A stretch of DNA of 64,000 nucleotides from Stegostoma tigrinum (lineage: Eukaryota). Shown one piece after another: positions 11,505 to 23,370 of the stretch. The notes beneath the pieces are model-generated. The model had not been told where the DNA came from. It saw only the letters and a program-made list of their open reading frames with translations, and did not search any database. The stretch is taken from NCBI RefSeq assembly GCF_030684315.1, contig NC_081371.1:24547440-24611439 (forward strand). Direction: 5' to 3'. A program made the position numbers and the translations under genes. Within the stretch, counting starts at the first letter, position 1; the number at the start of each line of letters is the position of its first letter.

Positions 11505-12467
11505 AGCTTTTGTGCTCCTGAGATGCTGCTTGGCCTGCTGTGTTCATCCAGCCTCACATTTTATTATCACATTCTATCTACCTCCTTTTCCAATGTCAGA
11601 CCCTTAATCACATCTGTACTCCCACCTGACCAGATAACTGGGTTCATTATAACAAACCCACCGTGTACTGCAACAAAGGAACTTGATGGTGCTCTGTGCA
11701 TTACATCTCACACTTTTATTGCAAAGTCTCTGATAACTCAAGTCCTGCAAGCACTAAATGCAGACTTAAAGGGAATATAGGTTTTGAGTTTGGAAAGAAA
11801 ATTTGCAGCAGTATGTCCGTAAAGGGCAACTTCAGCAACATCTGTTCCATTTGGACAAGATGAAAGCAGCAAGTAAGGACTGTAGTCACATGATAATAAA
11901 TATTGGCAAGTGTTAATCGCCAAGTAATGGGCATTCAGCAATAATGGAGGGCATTGGCCCTTAACTCAAAAATTCTTCATATAAGTATTTTTAAAGGGAT
12001 GTAAGAAAGAAACGTTCTTCAGCAATTATCTAGCTGTCTTCTGATATTACACACCATTGTTACAAATTTACAGCAAATATTAAAATTTAGTACTGACAGC
12101 AGATTCAGGCTTTCAGAGTAATGTAGAAGATTAAAAGCTTTCCTCTATAAACACCCTATGTTGTACCTTATGTGGAGGTGTGGTATGTGACAGTGTACAG
12201 TCCTTTCCTTCCATGCAATCCTTTGGGAAAAATAACTAATAGTATAACTTATGGACAGAATAGCCACTTTGGTTTAATAGTGAACTGTTATATTGTATGC
12301 AGCATTAAATAGAAGCACTGTAGACAAGATACCTCCTGCAGAAATTATTTTAAAAATCCCACTTTCACAGTGCTGACTTCTTGTTAAAGAATTATTTCTC
12401 AGACACAGCTTGTGAGTATCTCAATCAAATACCTTCTCAGATGTTAAGCCATGATACAAAGATTTAG

Positions 12468-13000
12468 TCTACAGTAAAGTCACAACTGCAGGGAACCTAC
12501 ACACATAGTTGTGTGAGGTGACGCTACAATTCAATCCAGGAGGCCCTGTGGAACCTGAGTTGTGTAAAAATATGTTCATGCAAAAAAACGTGATGCAGTA
12601 AATATGTGGAAAATGACTAGTTTTCAATTTGTTCACACCTCACAGTGGATTGTACAGCAAAAGACTTTTGAAATATTTTGGAAGGTAGTTAAGTATCTTT
12701 TTCTACTTAGCATGCTGTCTTCAGATGCATGTGACACAGTCCACCATGTCATCAAAGCAGTCAAGCATGCTCTCCAAGACTGCATGCTTCAGTGAGAAAT
12801 CACCTTCAGAATGTGGGCAAAACCATTTTGTATAGTAACTGCCACATCCTCTGAGCTTACCATGTGGACCACAATGTCATGCCATGTCTTGAATTGTTTC
12901 AGTCATGTGTCTCTCCTCAGTGATATTTGCCTTTTGCTTTACATCAAGGTTAGCCACTTGTTGTATCAATTTCACTTTGTCTCCAATCAAAAGCACTTTT
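12468..13000 (-). mobile_element. Possible Tigger/pogo DNA transposon relic
   Basis: TA+CAGT end at ~12468. Minus-strand fragments KVLLIGDKVKLIQQV and EDVAVTIQ..WF resemble the CENP-B/Tigger HTH. Heavily decayed. Confidence 0.4.
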
Positions 13001-15575
13001 AACTTTCTCACAGGTTTAGCCGAACATGTAGGATCTGTCTTTTCACAGATAGGTCCTGATGTTAAATGGTGGCTTGCCTAGAACTTTGTCTGGCATGGTC
13101 TAACTCCAGGGCAATTGGTTGGCATGGTCATGTGATAAGTGTGCATGAGTTGGACGAAGTTAGAGATACCAATCAGAATTTCAATTTGCCACCAGAATCC
13201 TTCTATTAGGTCTCCTATTCCACCAGCGGAAATAGTTAACAACTTCACCACAACAAGAATTTCAGGTTGTCTGAGCATGATTCAGCTCAACTTCTGTTTA
13301 TATAGCATTAGTATTGCATTATATAGGTATCGAGAAAATAATGATTAAAAATATTTAATGACAATGCAATTTAGTCAGGAGAATGTTCAATATGCTGCCT
13401 AAAATACATTGTTGTACACGATATCCAAAAGAACAGAAATAATTTGTGAAATAAATTCCTTACAATACTAGATTTTCTTTTCTTAGTGTAATGATGCGTG
13501 CCACTTGCTGAATGAGTTCGACACAATTCATGTATAATGTAGGAAAATCAATTCTCATAAATACAAAAATAAATTTATTGAATGAGGGCACCAAATACCT
13601 GGATATTTTTGGTCAGCACTGTGTTTTTCAAAATTTAAAATATAAGTTTCATAATAATGCACATTTCAGGGGTATTACTGTCTGATGTATCATGTTTCGA
13701 TATAGTAGCAACTGTTTGCATTAAATGTTTGTGATTTCTTACACACTAACCAGAGAGAGTTGATATGGGGACCTAGAGCAATATTTTAAAAATTCATAAT
13801 TTGTCCTTCATTGTTATTTTATTTATCTCTTTCTGTGTAATTTTTAATGGGTGCCGCAAACAGCAATGCAATAAATACCATAGATATTTTTTACATGATG
13901 TTGATTGAAGGATAAATATGAACAAGGACACTGGGAAGATATTCCCTGCTGTTCTATGAAATAGTGTCATGAGATTTTTTTTACCCTATCTGAAGACAGA
14001 TAGAGCCACCTTTCATCTGAGAGAAAGTAATCTGACAATGCTGTAGCACCGCGATACTCCGCTGACATGTCAGCATAATATGTCTGTGATAAAAGGGTGT
14101 CATATCAAGCACAAGAGTCTTAATTTGAGGACTTTGTTTTCCATTTTAAACAACTTTGGTATGAACTCTGAATGGAGCAGCTCAATCTAATATAAGGCTT
14201 CAGAACGATAATGGACATGTATGTCTCACCTCCTGTGCTTTGTGATGACAAAGTGTTGTTGAATTTGAGTTGTTGCCTATTTGATAAATTCTGATTGAGG
14301 CAAATAATTAATACGGAGAGGAAAGGTACACCTCACTGTTCCGTGTTCTGTAAATACTGTCCTGAACTAGCCTCCTGGCAACAAATTGAATTTGAGACAC
14401 ATGACATTTGTTCACGAGTTAGGTACGCATGATTAGCTGCTACAGTGACATGGTGCAATGAAGGAATTGTATTAATCTGTTCACTGAATCAAAAATGAAT
14501 GAACACTCCCAAGCTACACTAAGTCTTTGCAACACCCAACTTCTCCAGAAGGATAAAATGTCATATGGCAGACAATACCTCCATGAGTTGCCGTGTGACT
14601 AACCCTTCTCCTCAGGCATCCCACTGGCAATAATTAGTGTAATTTTTCAATCCCAGGGTAAAGTGCTGTACCAAGGTAGTATAATTTATAATTTATTTCA
14701 TCTGCTACTCTAGTATTACACTGTTTTAATAGTTTTGTAGAACTCTGATGCAAAAACTGAAAAGTAACTTACTGCTCTTAAAATGCTGGTCAGATATTTA
14801 AAAATGGGCACCAAGAAAGGCTGAGGTCGAAGCATTCAATCCTGAGGGTGGTGGACATTGGCTAAATTTTCAAAAAAGAGATGGAGAAACTGCATGACAA
14901 GTCCTACAGTGAGGGCATTGCAAATGAGATACACTGATTTCTCTACCCAACTCATCCATCTGTGAGGCTGCTGATTTTATGTTAATTTATTTTAATGACC
15001 AGAAAGTTAGGAATACCTTAAATTAGAATGCTGAACCTTCTGTTTGATTCTCTGCTCAGTAATCCCCTCAGGCAGAAGGCTCCCCACCAAAAGCACAGAC
15101 TCACAATATTTATTGTCTATGCCTGAAGAATTGAAAGAAATGATGTTTTGATTACCTATTAAAGGGCAATATGGAAGCAAGAATTTGTCATTACCTGTGA
15201 TGCATCAGGAAGAGAGAAATGGAGGAATGCATGCACAAAAAACATGCAATCTGAAAGAAATTGATACATGTAGAGTGAAGTTTCTAGTGAAAAGGATAAT
15301 GATTCAAGAAGGTGAATATTGTAGCAGACTGTGAGAGAAACTAGAGCCTGTGGTGTGTCTGAGTAAATGGATAATGAGTCAAAGCATGAGCCATCAGCTG
15401 CAGCACAAGTTTTTCATTATTCCATTGGTTACCCTTCAGTCCCATGACGTTTGTTCTATATCCTTTTTATCAATAGTGCTTTCTGCCTCTAATGCAACTT
15501 TTATCACTGAGTCGCACAGCATAGAAAAAGGCCTTTCCATCCAACCAGTCCATCCCAAACTAAACTAGTCCCATC

Positions 15576-16411
15576 TGAGATAACAAGGTGTGGAGCTGGA
15601 TGAACACAGCAGGCCAAGCAGCATCTCAGGAGCGGGAAAGTTGACATTTCGGGTCTAGATCCTTCATCAGAAATGGGGGAGGGGAAGAGGATTCTGAAAT
15701 AGATAGGGAGGGGGGGAGGCAGGTCGAAGATGGATAGAGGAGAAAATAGGTGGAGAGAAGGCAAACAAGTTAAACAGGCGGGGATGGAGCCAGTAAAGGT
15801 GAGTGCAGGTGGGGAGGTAGGGAGGGGATTGGTCAGTCTGGGGAGGATGGACAGGTCAAGGGGGCGGGATGAGGTTTGTGGGTTGGAAATGGGGGTGTGG
15901 CTTGAGGTGGGAGGAGGGGATAGGTGAGAGGAAGAACAGGTTAGGGAGCCGGGGACGAGCTGGGCTGGTTTTGGGATGCGGTAGGGGGAGGGAAGATTTT
16001 GAAGCTTGTGAAATCCACATTGATACCATTGAGCTGCAGGGTTCTCAAGTGGAATATGAGTTGCTGTTCCTGCAACCTTCGGGTGGCATCGTTGTGGCAC
16101 TGCAGGAGGCCCAGGATGGACATGTCATCTGAGGAATGGGAGGGGGAGTTGAACTGGTTCATGACTGGGAAGTGCAGTTGTTTATTGCGAACCGAGCGTA
16201 GGTGTTCTGCAAAGCGGCCCCCAAGCCTCTGCTTCGTTTCCCCGATGTAGAGGAGGCTGCAACGTGTACAGCTAATGCAGTATACCACATTAGCAGATAT
16301 GCAGATGAAGCTCTGCTCGATGTGGAGAGTCTTCTCGAGGCCTGGGATGGGGGTGAGGGAGAAGGTGTGGGGGCAGGTGTAGCATTTCCTGCGGTTGCAG
16401 GGAAAAGTGCC
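15576..16411 (-). mobile_element. Penelope-like element fragment with open GIY-YIG endonuclease domain and pLTR
   Basis: ORF 15941-16444 reads GTFPCNRRKCYTC...NVVYCISCTRCSLLYIGETKQRLGGRFAEH...EQQLIFHLRTLQLNGIN. It is followed by the family-A 3' end. The Cys-rich linker suggests a Neptune-type PLE. RT is absent (5' truncated). Confidence 0.92.
15643..15670 (-). ncRNA. Hammerhead ribozyme motif in PLE pLTR (slightly mutated)
   Basis: ctgatgaaggatctagacccgaaatgtc. Confidence 0.55.
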
Positions 16412-17999
16412 CCGTGTGCCTGCTCCTGCCCTATATCCCACCAAATCTTTCTAGTTCATGTACTTATCCAAATGTATTTTAAGCATTGTAAATGTATCCA
16501 TATCCATCAGTTCCTCAGGAAGTCCATTCCACATGTAAATCACCCTCAATGCAAAAAAATTGCCCCCCTTTTTTTTAAAATCTCTCTCCTCTCACCTTAA
16601 AATGTGCCCCCTAGTCTTGAAAGCCACCATTAATTCTATCTATATCCCTCATTATTTTTTAACTTTCATGTTCTCTCTCCCCCATTTCTGTCTCTAGCCA
16701 TGCTTCGACAAAATAGAACAAAGATGTCAAAGAGCTGGCAAATACCCTAACCCTCCAGAGTGATGAAGAACTGTACCTAAATGTAACATGAAAGATATTG
16801 AGTCTTTTCTGCCCTGATGATCACTATTACCTGTTCTAATGATAAATTTTGTGGTCCTTGTGGTCCCGAAGATTAGAATTATGAAGCTGGTGACATTGCT
16901 TGCAATTTTCTCATTGTAATTACACAAATGCCATCATAGACAGCTTCTGCATTGTCATAATCCTGCCAGTTAAAATTGCATGGGTGGGAATAAGTTGAGA
17001 ATGTATCATGGCTATTTGTCCACAGTCCTGTCCTGCTCAAGCCACAGGGTGTGGGTTTAAAATCAAGCCTTTCATTTATGTCTCCTCTCCTTCTTTCTCC
17101 TGAATTTCTTGTCATTCTTCCTTTCCATTTATTTATCTCCATCGTTTGCCATTGTTAATTCTCTCAGTTTTAGTTTATTCATTTCTCTTACTTATTCCTA
17201 TCTCTTATTTATACCTGTCTCCTAATTCTATCTTTAGTTTCTGTGTGCTTTTCTCCAAAGAACCAGAGGGGAAATGAGGAGAAAGCATTTTACTGAGCAA
17301 CTTGTGACCTGGAATGCACTGTCTGAGCAGGTTGGGAAAGCACATTGAACAATATTCACCAAAATGGAGTTGGATAAATACTGGAAAAAAAATGCGTGGC
17401 TATGGGGAAGTGCAGAACAGTGGAAAGAATTGGATAGTTGCTTCTCAATTCTGACACGGACACAGTGATCCCTTTAGCTGCAGTATGATGCTACCTATCT
17501 CTCCCATTTGTTTCATCTTTATTCTGCTTCATATTCCTCTCTCTCCGATTGTTCTCCCAGCTGCTGTTATCTCCCTTCTTCCAACTGTCCTGTTTTTCTG
17601 TATTTTTTAGTCTCATTCTTACTAATAGTTTCCCTCTTGTTCCTCCTTATATATCTCCATAATTGTCCTTGATTTGTGTTTTTTTTCTGCTTATCTGTCC
17701 CTCTGGTCTACCTCTACCATTGCCTACCCGTCCGCTTCTATATATCAGATATTTTCAATTGTACTGAACTAATTAGAATAGAACTGGTTCCATTACTTTT
17801 TCCAATCTGATGGATATACCGACTCAGTTTGATAGCATGTTAATGCATCCTCTAGCCTGAGACTGGAAGGCTCCAGCATTCTCAGTTAACCCATACCGCC
17901 CAGTCACCATAAGAACCTGGAAGCCTTTACTGCTGCAACCCTAAATTTTACTTAATTTTGACAGGACTGTTCCTTTAACGCCTGTGCTGGCTATGAATA

Positions 18000-19600
18000 A
18001 ATAGGCGGACAGACTCAAACTGTTGTTAGTTGGGCTGTTAAAATAACCCTAATCATGTATTAATTATAAAAGAGACGCAGCGCCAATTTCGCTTTGAAAT
18101 GGATGCGAGCATATATGTATACGAGATATTTACATAAAAGGTGCGTAGATTCAAACTCGTAAATGTATACGCCGGACCACCAGCCCATCACACATATTCA
18201 TTCACGAAGTCCACATATGAACACACGGAACTATCGGAGAGTTCACATCACGCAAATATCGATTCTAAGTATAACCGTCCTTCCCGATCTCCCCTAATTA
18301 CTGCTGCTCACTGCAGGCTGCGCTAGGTACATATCGCCACCAAGAAAGGGCGACTCACCAGATCTTTTGATGTTCCCAACCTTTTAAGACCGTCCAGAGG
18401 GAGCAAATCTGCCGAATCTTTATGAATAAACTGCGTGGCTTGCTTTAGACGCCTCTGCTGGTGCAAGATAGCTTTGTCCCTGATTTCCATTTCATTTTTC
18501 TTCAGATCGGACATTGCTACTGCATTTATTTCGCTCTAGTTTGCGGTGTTCGGTGCCTTCCGCGCCGTTGCTCTGTCCTAATCCTCTCCGCTCGCACTTT
18601 GCTCTGCAGCTCGCTGGCTCTGGGGGTTTTTTTCTCCCCCCGGGGGTGTCTGCCTGCAACATACGTCACGATCAACACATTTCCTGAAATAACAAAACAA
18701 ATCACCAGAAGAAATCTGCAGGAACGTAGAAAGCAGCAAGTGAAAAAAAATACTGAGGGAGGCGAAAGGAGAAGGTAAAACTCAAGCAACACCTCACCGA
18801 TTAGGATCAGTTTTTTTATGTCAGGGTTCAGAATTGTCTTCAACACTGAATGAATAGGCTAATGAACTACTTCCAGACAAACTGCTATGTCCATGCAGAA
18901 TCAAGGCTTACCGAAGGGAAACTCGACCTGAATTGTCAACAAATCATTAAAAACAGAAAAGTCTTTGCTTCTTATTTAACATCCACGTTGTTATTCATAA
19001 GTTTCCAGATAATTTGGAAATTGGTTGAACATTTTCGAGATTTTACTTGGGAGTCACAAAACTGACTTTCAAAAAACGACTGGTCTGATTAAGACATAGA
19101 TCTCACGTAACAATGCAGCCTAGGTAGCAACGTGTAACTGTAGCATCTTTAGCATTTCGAATCATTCCCTCCTAGGATTCGTTTCGGTCACATTGCTTGC
19201 TATTCCAGTGTTTGTCTCAAATCATTTGTTAAACTGAATTTCGCAGCCGATTTCATTTGAACGTAAATCCTAAAAATCTGTTTCGATTTATTCATTAATT
19301 TAAATGTCGTTAAGTTCCATTGTGAAAGGACGTTGTTTGACTCCCGCCCTCCCCGTGGTCTTCCAGCCTGAGACTTGGAAGTTATTGAGGAGATACCGTA
19401 TACAAATATAGTTTTGCTGTGGCTCCAGCAGTTTCAGTACTATTGAGAGGCAAATGAAATTTGATGTGTTTCGTTTCACAGGAGAGAGAGAAATCAGCTC
19501 TTTGTTGACTATTAACAGCACTTTCAGTGAACAGACTACACGACGGCGCATCCTGCCGTTTGCAATGCGATACCGTTCTCAAATGGATAGTTCTAAATGG
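18000..19600 (-). promoter_or_regulatory. CpG-retaining promoter/5' region of NRIP2
   Basis: CpG dinucleotides are visibly enriched relative to the CpG-depleted flanks, the region appears repeat-free and surrounds exon 1. CRE-like TACGTCA at ~18662. TSS not determinable. Confidence 0.55.
18359..18514 (-). CDS. NRIP2: NRIP2 coding exon 1: MSDLKKNEMEIRDKAILHQQRRLKQATQFIHKDSADLLPLDGLKRLGTSKDL
   Basis: Strong recalled match to the NRIP2/NRIP3 N-terminal block; AILHQQRRLKQATQF and RLGTSKDL favour NRIP2 over NRIP3. ATG at 18514 has an in-frame upstream stop; donor |gtgagt, phase 0. Confidence 0.93.
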
Positions 19601-19872
19601 AACTTCACATCAACTGAGAAGAATATTTTACAGTAAGAGTAAGCTTCCTTTCAACACATCATATCAAGATAAATGGATTTAACTTTTTATAAAATACTGA
19701 TCAGGCCTCAGCTTTGTTATTGCACCAAACTTTAGTGATTCTTTAAGAAGGTCAAGGCCTGTGTGAGGGGTCTGGGATTGTTCTCCTGCCTGCAGGGAAA
19801 ATTAATAGATGTGATAGCGGTGAGTAAAATCATGATGAGATTTGAGACATAAAACGATCCCAGTGACAGAAG

Positions 19873-20054
19873 ATAACAGTGTAGAGCCGGAGGAACACAG
19901 CAGGCCAGGCAGCATCAATGGAGCGGGGAAGTTGAAGAAGGACCCCGAACCGAAACGTCAGCTTTTGTGCTCCTGAGATGCTGCTTGGCCTGCTGTGTTC
20001 ATCCGGCTCCACACTGCGTTGTCTCTGACCCCAACACCTGCAGTTCTTGCTATC
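19873..20054. mobile_element. PLE-derived hairpin element, family A
   Basis: TSD TCCCAGTGACAGAAG (19858-19872 / 20055-20069). The right arm starts at the hammerhead core (tgaagaagg...ccgaaacgtcagc) and carries the tail. Confidence 0.85.
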
Positions 20055-21129
20055 TCCCAGTGACAGAAGGGTCAGCAATCAGTGGGCACAGATTGAAGAT
20101 GATTGAAATAAAAATTAGATGCAATATGAGCAAAATGTGATCTAAAATGTACTGTCAAAATGGGTGTTAAAAACAGATTTAATTGTAATTTTCAAAAAGG
20201 GACATCAGTGGATAGTTGGAGGAGGAAGGTTTGCAGGGTTACAGGCAGATAACAAGGGAGAGGGACTGAGTGGATAACTGCAAAAAGATGGTACAGTTAC
20301 AATAAGATGAATGTTGTATCATTCTTTAATTCAATAACAGAATTAGTAACTATTGTACAACATGATGAACACAAAGGGACAGGTGGTCTGAGGTGCAGCT
20401 GTTTTAGTGCGAGAAGTGTAGTAGATAAGGCAGATGATAGATAAGGATCAATGGTCGGCACAACATCGTGGGCTGAAGGGCCTGTTCTGTGCTGTGCTGT
20501 TCTATGTTCTATGTTCTATGTAAAAACATAAGTTGACCAAATATATTTAGAGCAGAGAAAGTAGTCATGGATTATTAGCACTTTGCATAGCACCGCATCA
20601 CAAGATGCTGATTATAATGAATGGGAGCAACAGCAGGCTTTTCAACTGAAAGAGCCATCTCTGCCATTCTATGAGATCATTGTTGATCCGAACGTGGCTT
20701 TACCTCTACTTTGTTGCCCATCGCCCATAACCTCCATCTAAATAGTATCACACAATTGTAAACATATCACTATTTCACAAGTTCACCTGTCTGACTGTCA
20801 TTGTAGCTCCAAGATTGATGCTACAGGGGCTACCTATGCTGAACACCATTTCAAGTTAGAACCCTGTGTAAGGGAGTGCTATTCTCTCTTGAATGCCCAG
20901 CACAGCATAATGTCATGTCACTATGATAATGTCACATGTTAGAAAGCCTTCAAACAATTGAAAACATGAATTTTTATCAAACAACAGCAAAGGAAAAGGA
21001 AAAACAAGACAAACAGAAACAGCTCCATTTGCTTCTGGGAGCGAACAGGAGAATGTGCCTTTCAAATGGCAACAAATTAAAGTCAATAAATGATCAGCAC
21101 AATCAGCTCACATTATTGGACCTGTGTGC

Positions 21130-21900
21130 CATTTATCTCCTGTGAGGCTCGATACATCTAACATTGCATCATTGTGTCATGGTGAAGCTGATGATAGGAT
21201 TATGCAGCACAACTTGTCTGCAGTGTGCTGCAAGGTTCCCCAGACTGATCCAAACGTTGGCATCTCATTGGAACCTCTACTGCACCATAGCCCTGCTGGA
21301 AGAGTGGGCTGCATTGTATGTAAGATAACACAGTGTGGAGCTGGATGAACATAGCAGGCCAAGCAGCATCTGAGGATCAGGAAAGCTAATGTTTCGGGTC
21401 TGGACCCTTCTTCAGAAATGATTTTTGAAGAAGGGCGTAGATCCGAAACTTCAGCTTCCCTGTTCCTCTGATGCTGCTTGGCGTGCTGTGTTCACCTAGC
21501 TCCACGTGTTATCTCAGAGTCTCCAACATTGGCAGTTCCCACCATCTCTGCATTGTATGTACCTGGGTCTCAGTTAGGTGTTGTGTAACCGATTCATCAG
21601 CCATGGTTGCAGACCTTCTCTCCAGTAACCATCTTTGTAAAGCATTGGCCTTGAAGTAAAGCAGGCATGTTAGAGTTTGCAAGGATGTAGGCATTGTGGC
21701 ACCTTAACAGTGTTCCTGGCAGAGGGTTTCTGGCACAGGCTTCTAAGATGTGGTTCTGATGATCACAGATGACCTGTTCATTCACTGAATAGCATACTTT
21801 TCTACTAATGAAGTCAGCTGCGTGATGGTATGGTGCTGTCCTAGTGCAGGGCTGGAAAATTGAACATTTTTCTTGAAGTTGAGAATCCCATTTTTCTGAT
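21130..21900 (-). pseudogene. Decayed PIF/Harbinger (HARBI1-like, DDE_Tnp_4) transposase
   Basis: FISRKVCYSVNEQVICDHQNHILEACARNP...CHNAYILANS resembles 'FVNRKGFHSINVQ.VCD....CARYPGS.HD..IL..S'. GTLQHTADKLCCII follows downstream. Confidence 0.8.
21323..21547. mobile_element. PLE-derived hairpin element, family A, with back-to-back hammerhead motifs
   Basis: TSD CTGCATTGTATGTA (21309-21322 / 21548-21561). Centre gacccttcttcag-aaatgattt-ttgaagaaggg. Confidence 0.87.
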
Positions 21901-22377
21901 CTCACCAAATTTTCCCATTGGATTCACCATTGCCCAGACCATTCAGCAGCCGAGAATATTTAGCCCTTTATAAAGAATTTGTTCGAATGTTGAGAATATT
22001 TCTCCCATGTTCAGATGCACACTACCAAATCATCAGTACGCATTGAGATTGCATTACATTTCAATAACCTTGTTGGTTAATCATTGGAAAGTTGCTGTTG
22101 CATTTTTAATTCAGAACAGCATGACATTCCATTGATAATGTCCATCTAAGATTAAAAAACTGATATTTCTTTCCATTTATGAAGAAAAGTCATATCAGTC
22201 TCGAGATATAAACTTTAGGTTGAATCTCACCAGAAATCAGTATTATTTTCATTAAGATTCATAGAGGGTTTCTCTCAGCAAGGCAAAATGAATTTTCTTG
22301 TGCTGTTGCTAAAGAGCCACCTTATTAACTCGATACCATGCCCCCATCCATGCTAGTCCAAATATCCTCCTTACCAT

Positions 22378-22608
22378 TAAAAACCAAAAGAACTGCGGAT
22401 GCTGTAAATCAAAAACAAAAGCAGAAGTTGCTGGAAAAGCTCAGCCAGTATCTGAGAAGAAAAATCAGAGTTAATGTTTTGGGTCCAGTGACCCTTCCTC
22501 AGAAATGAGCTTCAGCTCTGAGGAAGGGTCACCGGACCCATTAACTCTGATTTCTCTTCACAGATACTGCCAGACCTGCTGAGTTTTTCCAGCAACTTCT
22601 GCTGTTGT
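22378..22608. mobile_element. PLE-derived hairpin element, family B
   Basis: TCCTCCTTAC repeated at 22365 and 22609. Centre gacccttcctcag...ctgaggaagggtcaccggaccc. Confidence 0.82.
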
Positions 22609-22769
22609 TCCTCCTTACTGCTGGTTGAAGTACTTGCCATTGCCAGGACATGCTGGATTTCCTGGTGCAACAAGGGCCATTATAAAAGACTGTTCTGTAC
22701 CTGGTAAAGGGCTGGTGGTCTGGAGCAGCTCTGCACAGTCAGTAACATGTCCCCATGACATGTAGGCAG

Positions 22770-23370
22770 GGGGAAATTAACCCTCCAAATTTGTGGACAG
22801 GAAATTCAAGGGCTTGGTGAATGGTGCTGCAGAGGAAGGCTGCCCTCTTCACCCAGGACCAGCAGAGGAGACCGCAACACCAGACTCTGGCAGCCTGGTC
22901 GAGATTGCTACCCAGTTCAATGCCATACCAGCTATCTGGACGAACATGCAGACGTGCCCAGGGAGGTCAGTGACCTTCTTCGCTCTGACAGTGTAACAAC
23001 CACCATCTTCTACCTCACAATTCACACTGGGGCTGCTACTGCACGGCCCTCCCACCAAGGCTTATGCTCTAACCTCTCACTGTCATATGCAACATGTTCC
23101 TCCACTTTCTCTCATCCTCCAAATCCCTAAAACCACTAACTCTGCATGGCCCCTACATTTCCTACTCAGTCATTTGGGTCATCTCTCCTCCACTGCGTCG
23201 CCCCACACCTGCACCACCACTAGGAGCTGTGCCACACAGTTTCATCTCAGTCAATCTCTCCCCTTGATTCTGGGAGGAAATGGCCTGCAGTAGGGCAGAA
23301 AGCTCTGAGAGTGGTGGCGGGATGCCTGATGTTTGGCTCCTCTCCCTCTACAAGGAGGCGATCCTGACCG
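22770..23370 (+). pseudogene. Decayed Harbinger Myb/SANT-like gene (two exons)
   Basis: PKFVDRKFKGLVNG..QRKAALFTQDQQRRP..TLAAW.EIATQFNA...SDLLRS, then after an intron-like gap SRAESSESGGGMPDVWLLSLYKEAIL. Confidence 0.7.

Larger units (their letters stand above)
10503..11565. mobile_element. Young ~1.06-kb head-to-head fold-back of Penelope-like 3' ends in NRIP2 intron 1
   Basis: Near-identical inverted arms of ~490 bp. TSD ATCACATTCTATCT (10489-10502 / 11566-11579). Central 42-bp tandem duplication (10994-11077) and palindrome TTGATACCATATGGTATCAA (11076-11095). Confidence 0.92.

Noticed and set aside
18461-18846. ORFs of 105 aa (+) and 106 aa (-) next to NRIP2 exon 1
   Set aside because: No recognisable homology. 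The minus ORF stops before the NRIP2 ATG, so it is at most a uORF in GC-richer promoter DNA.
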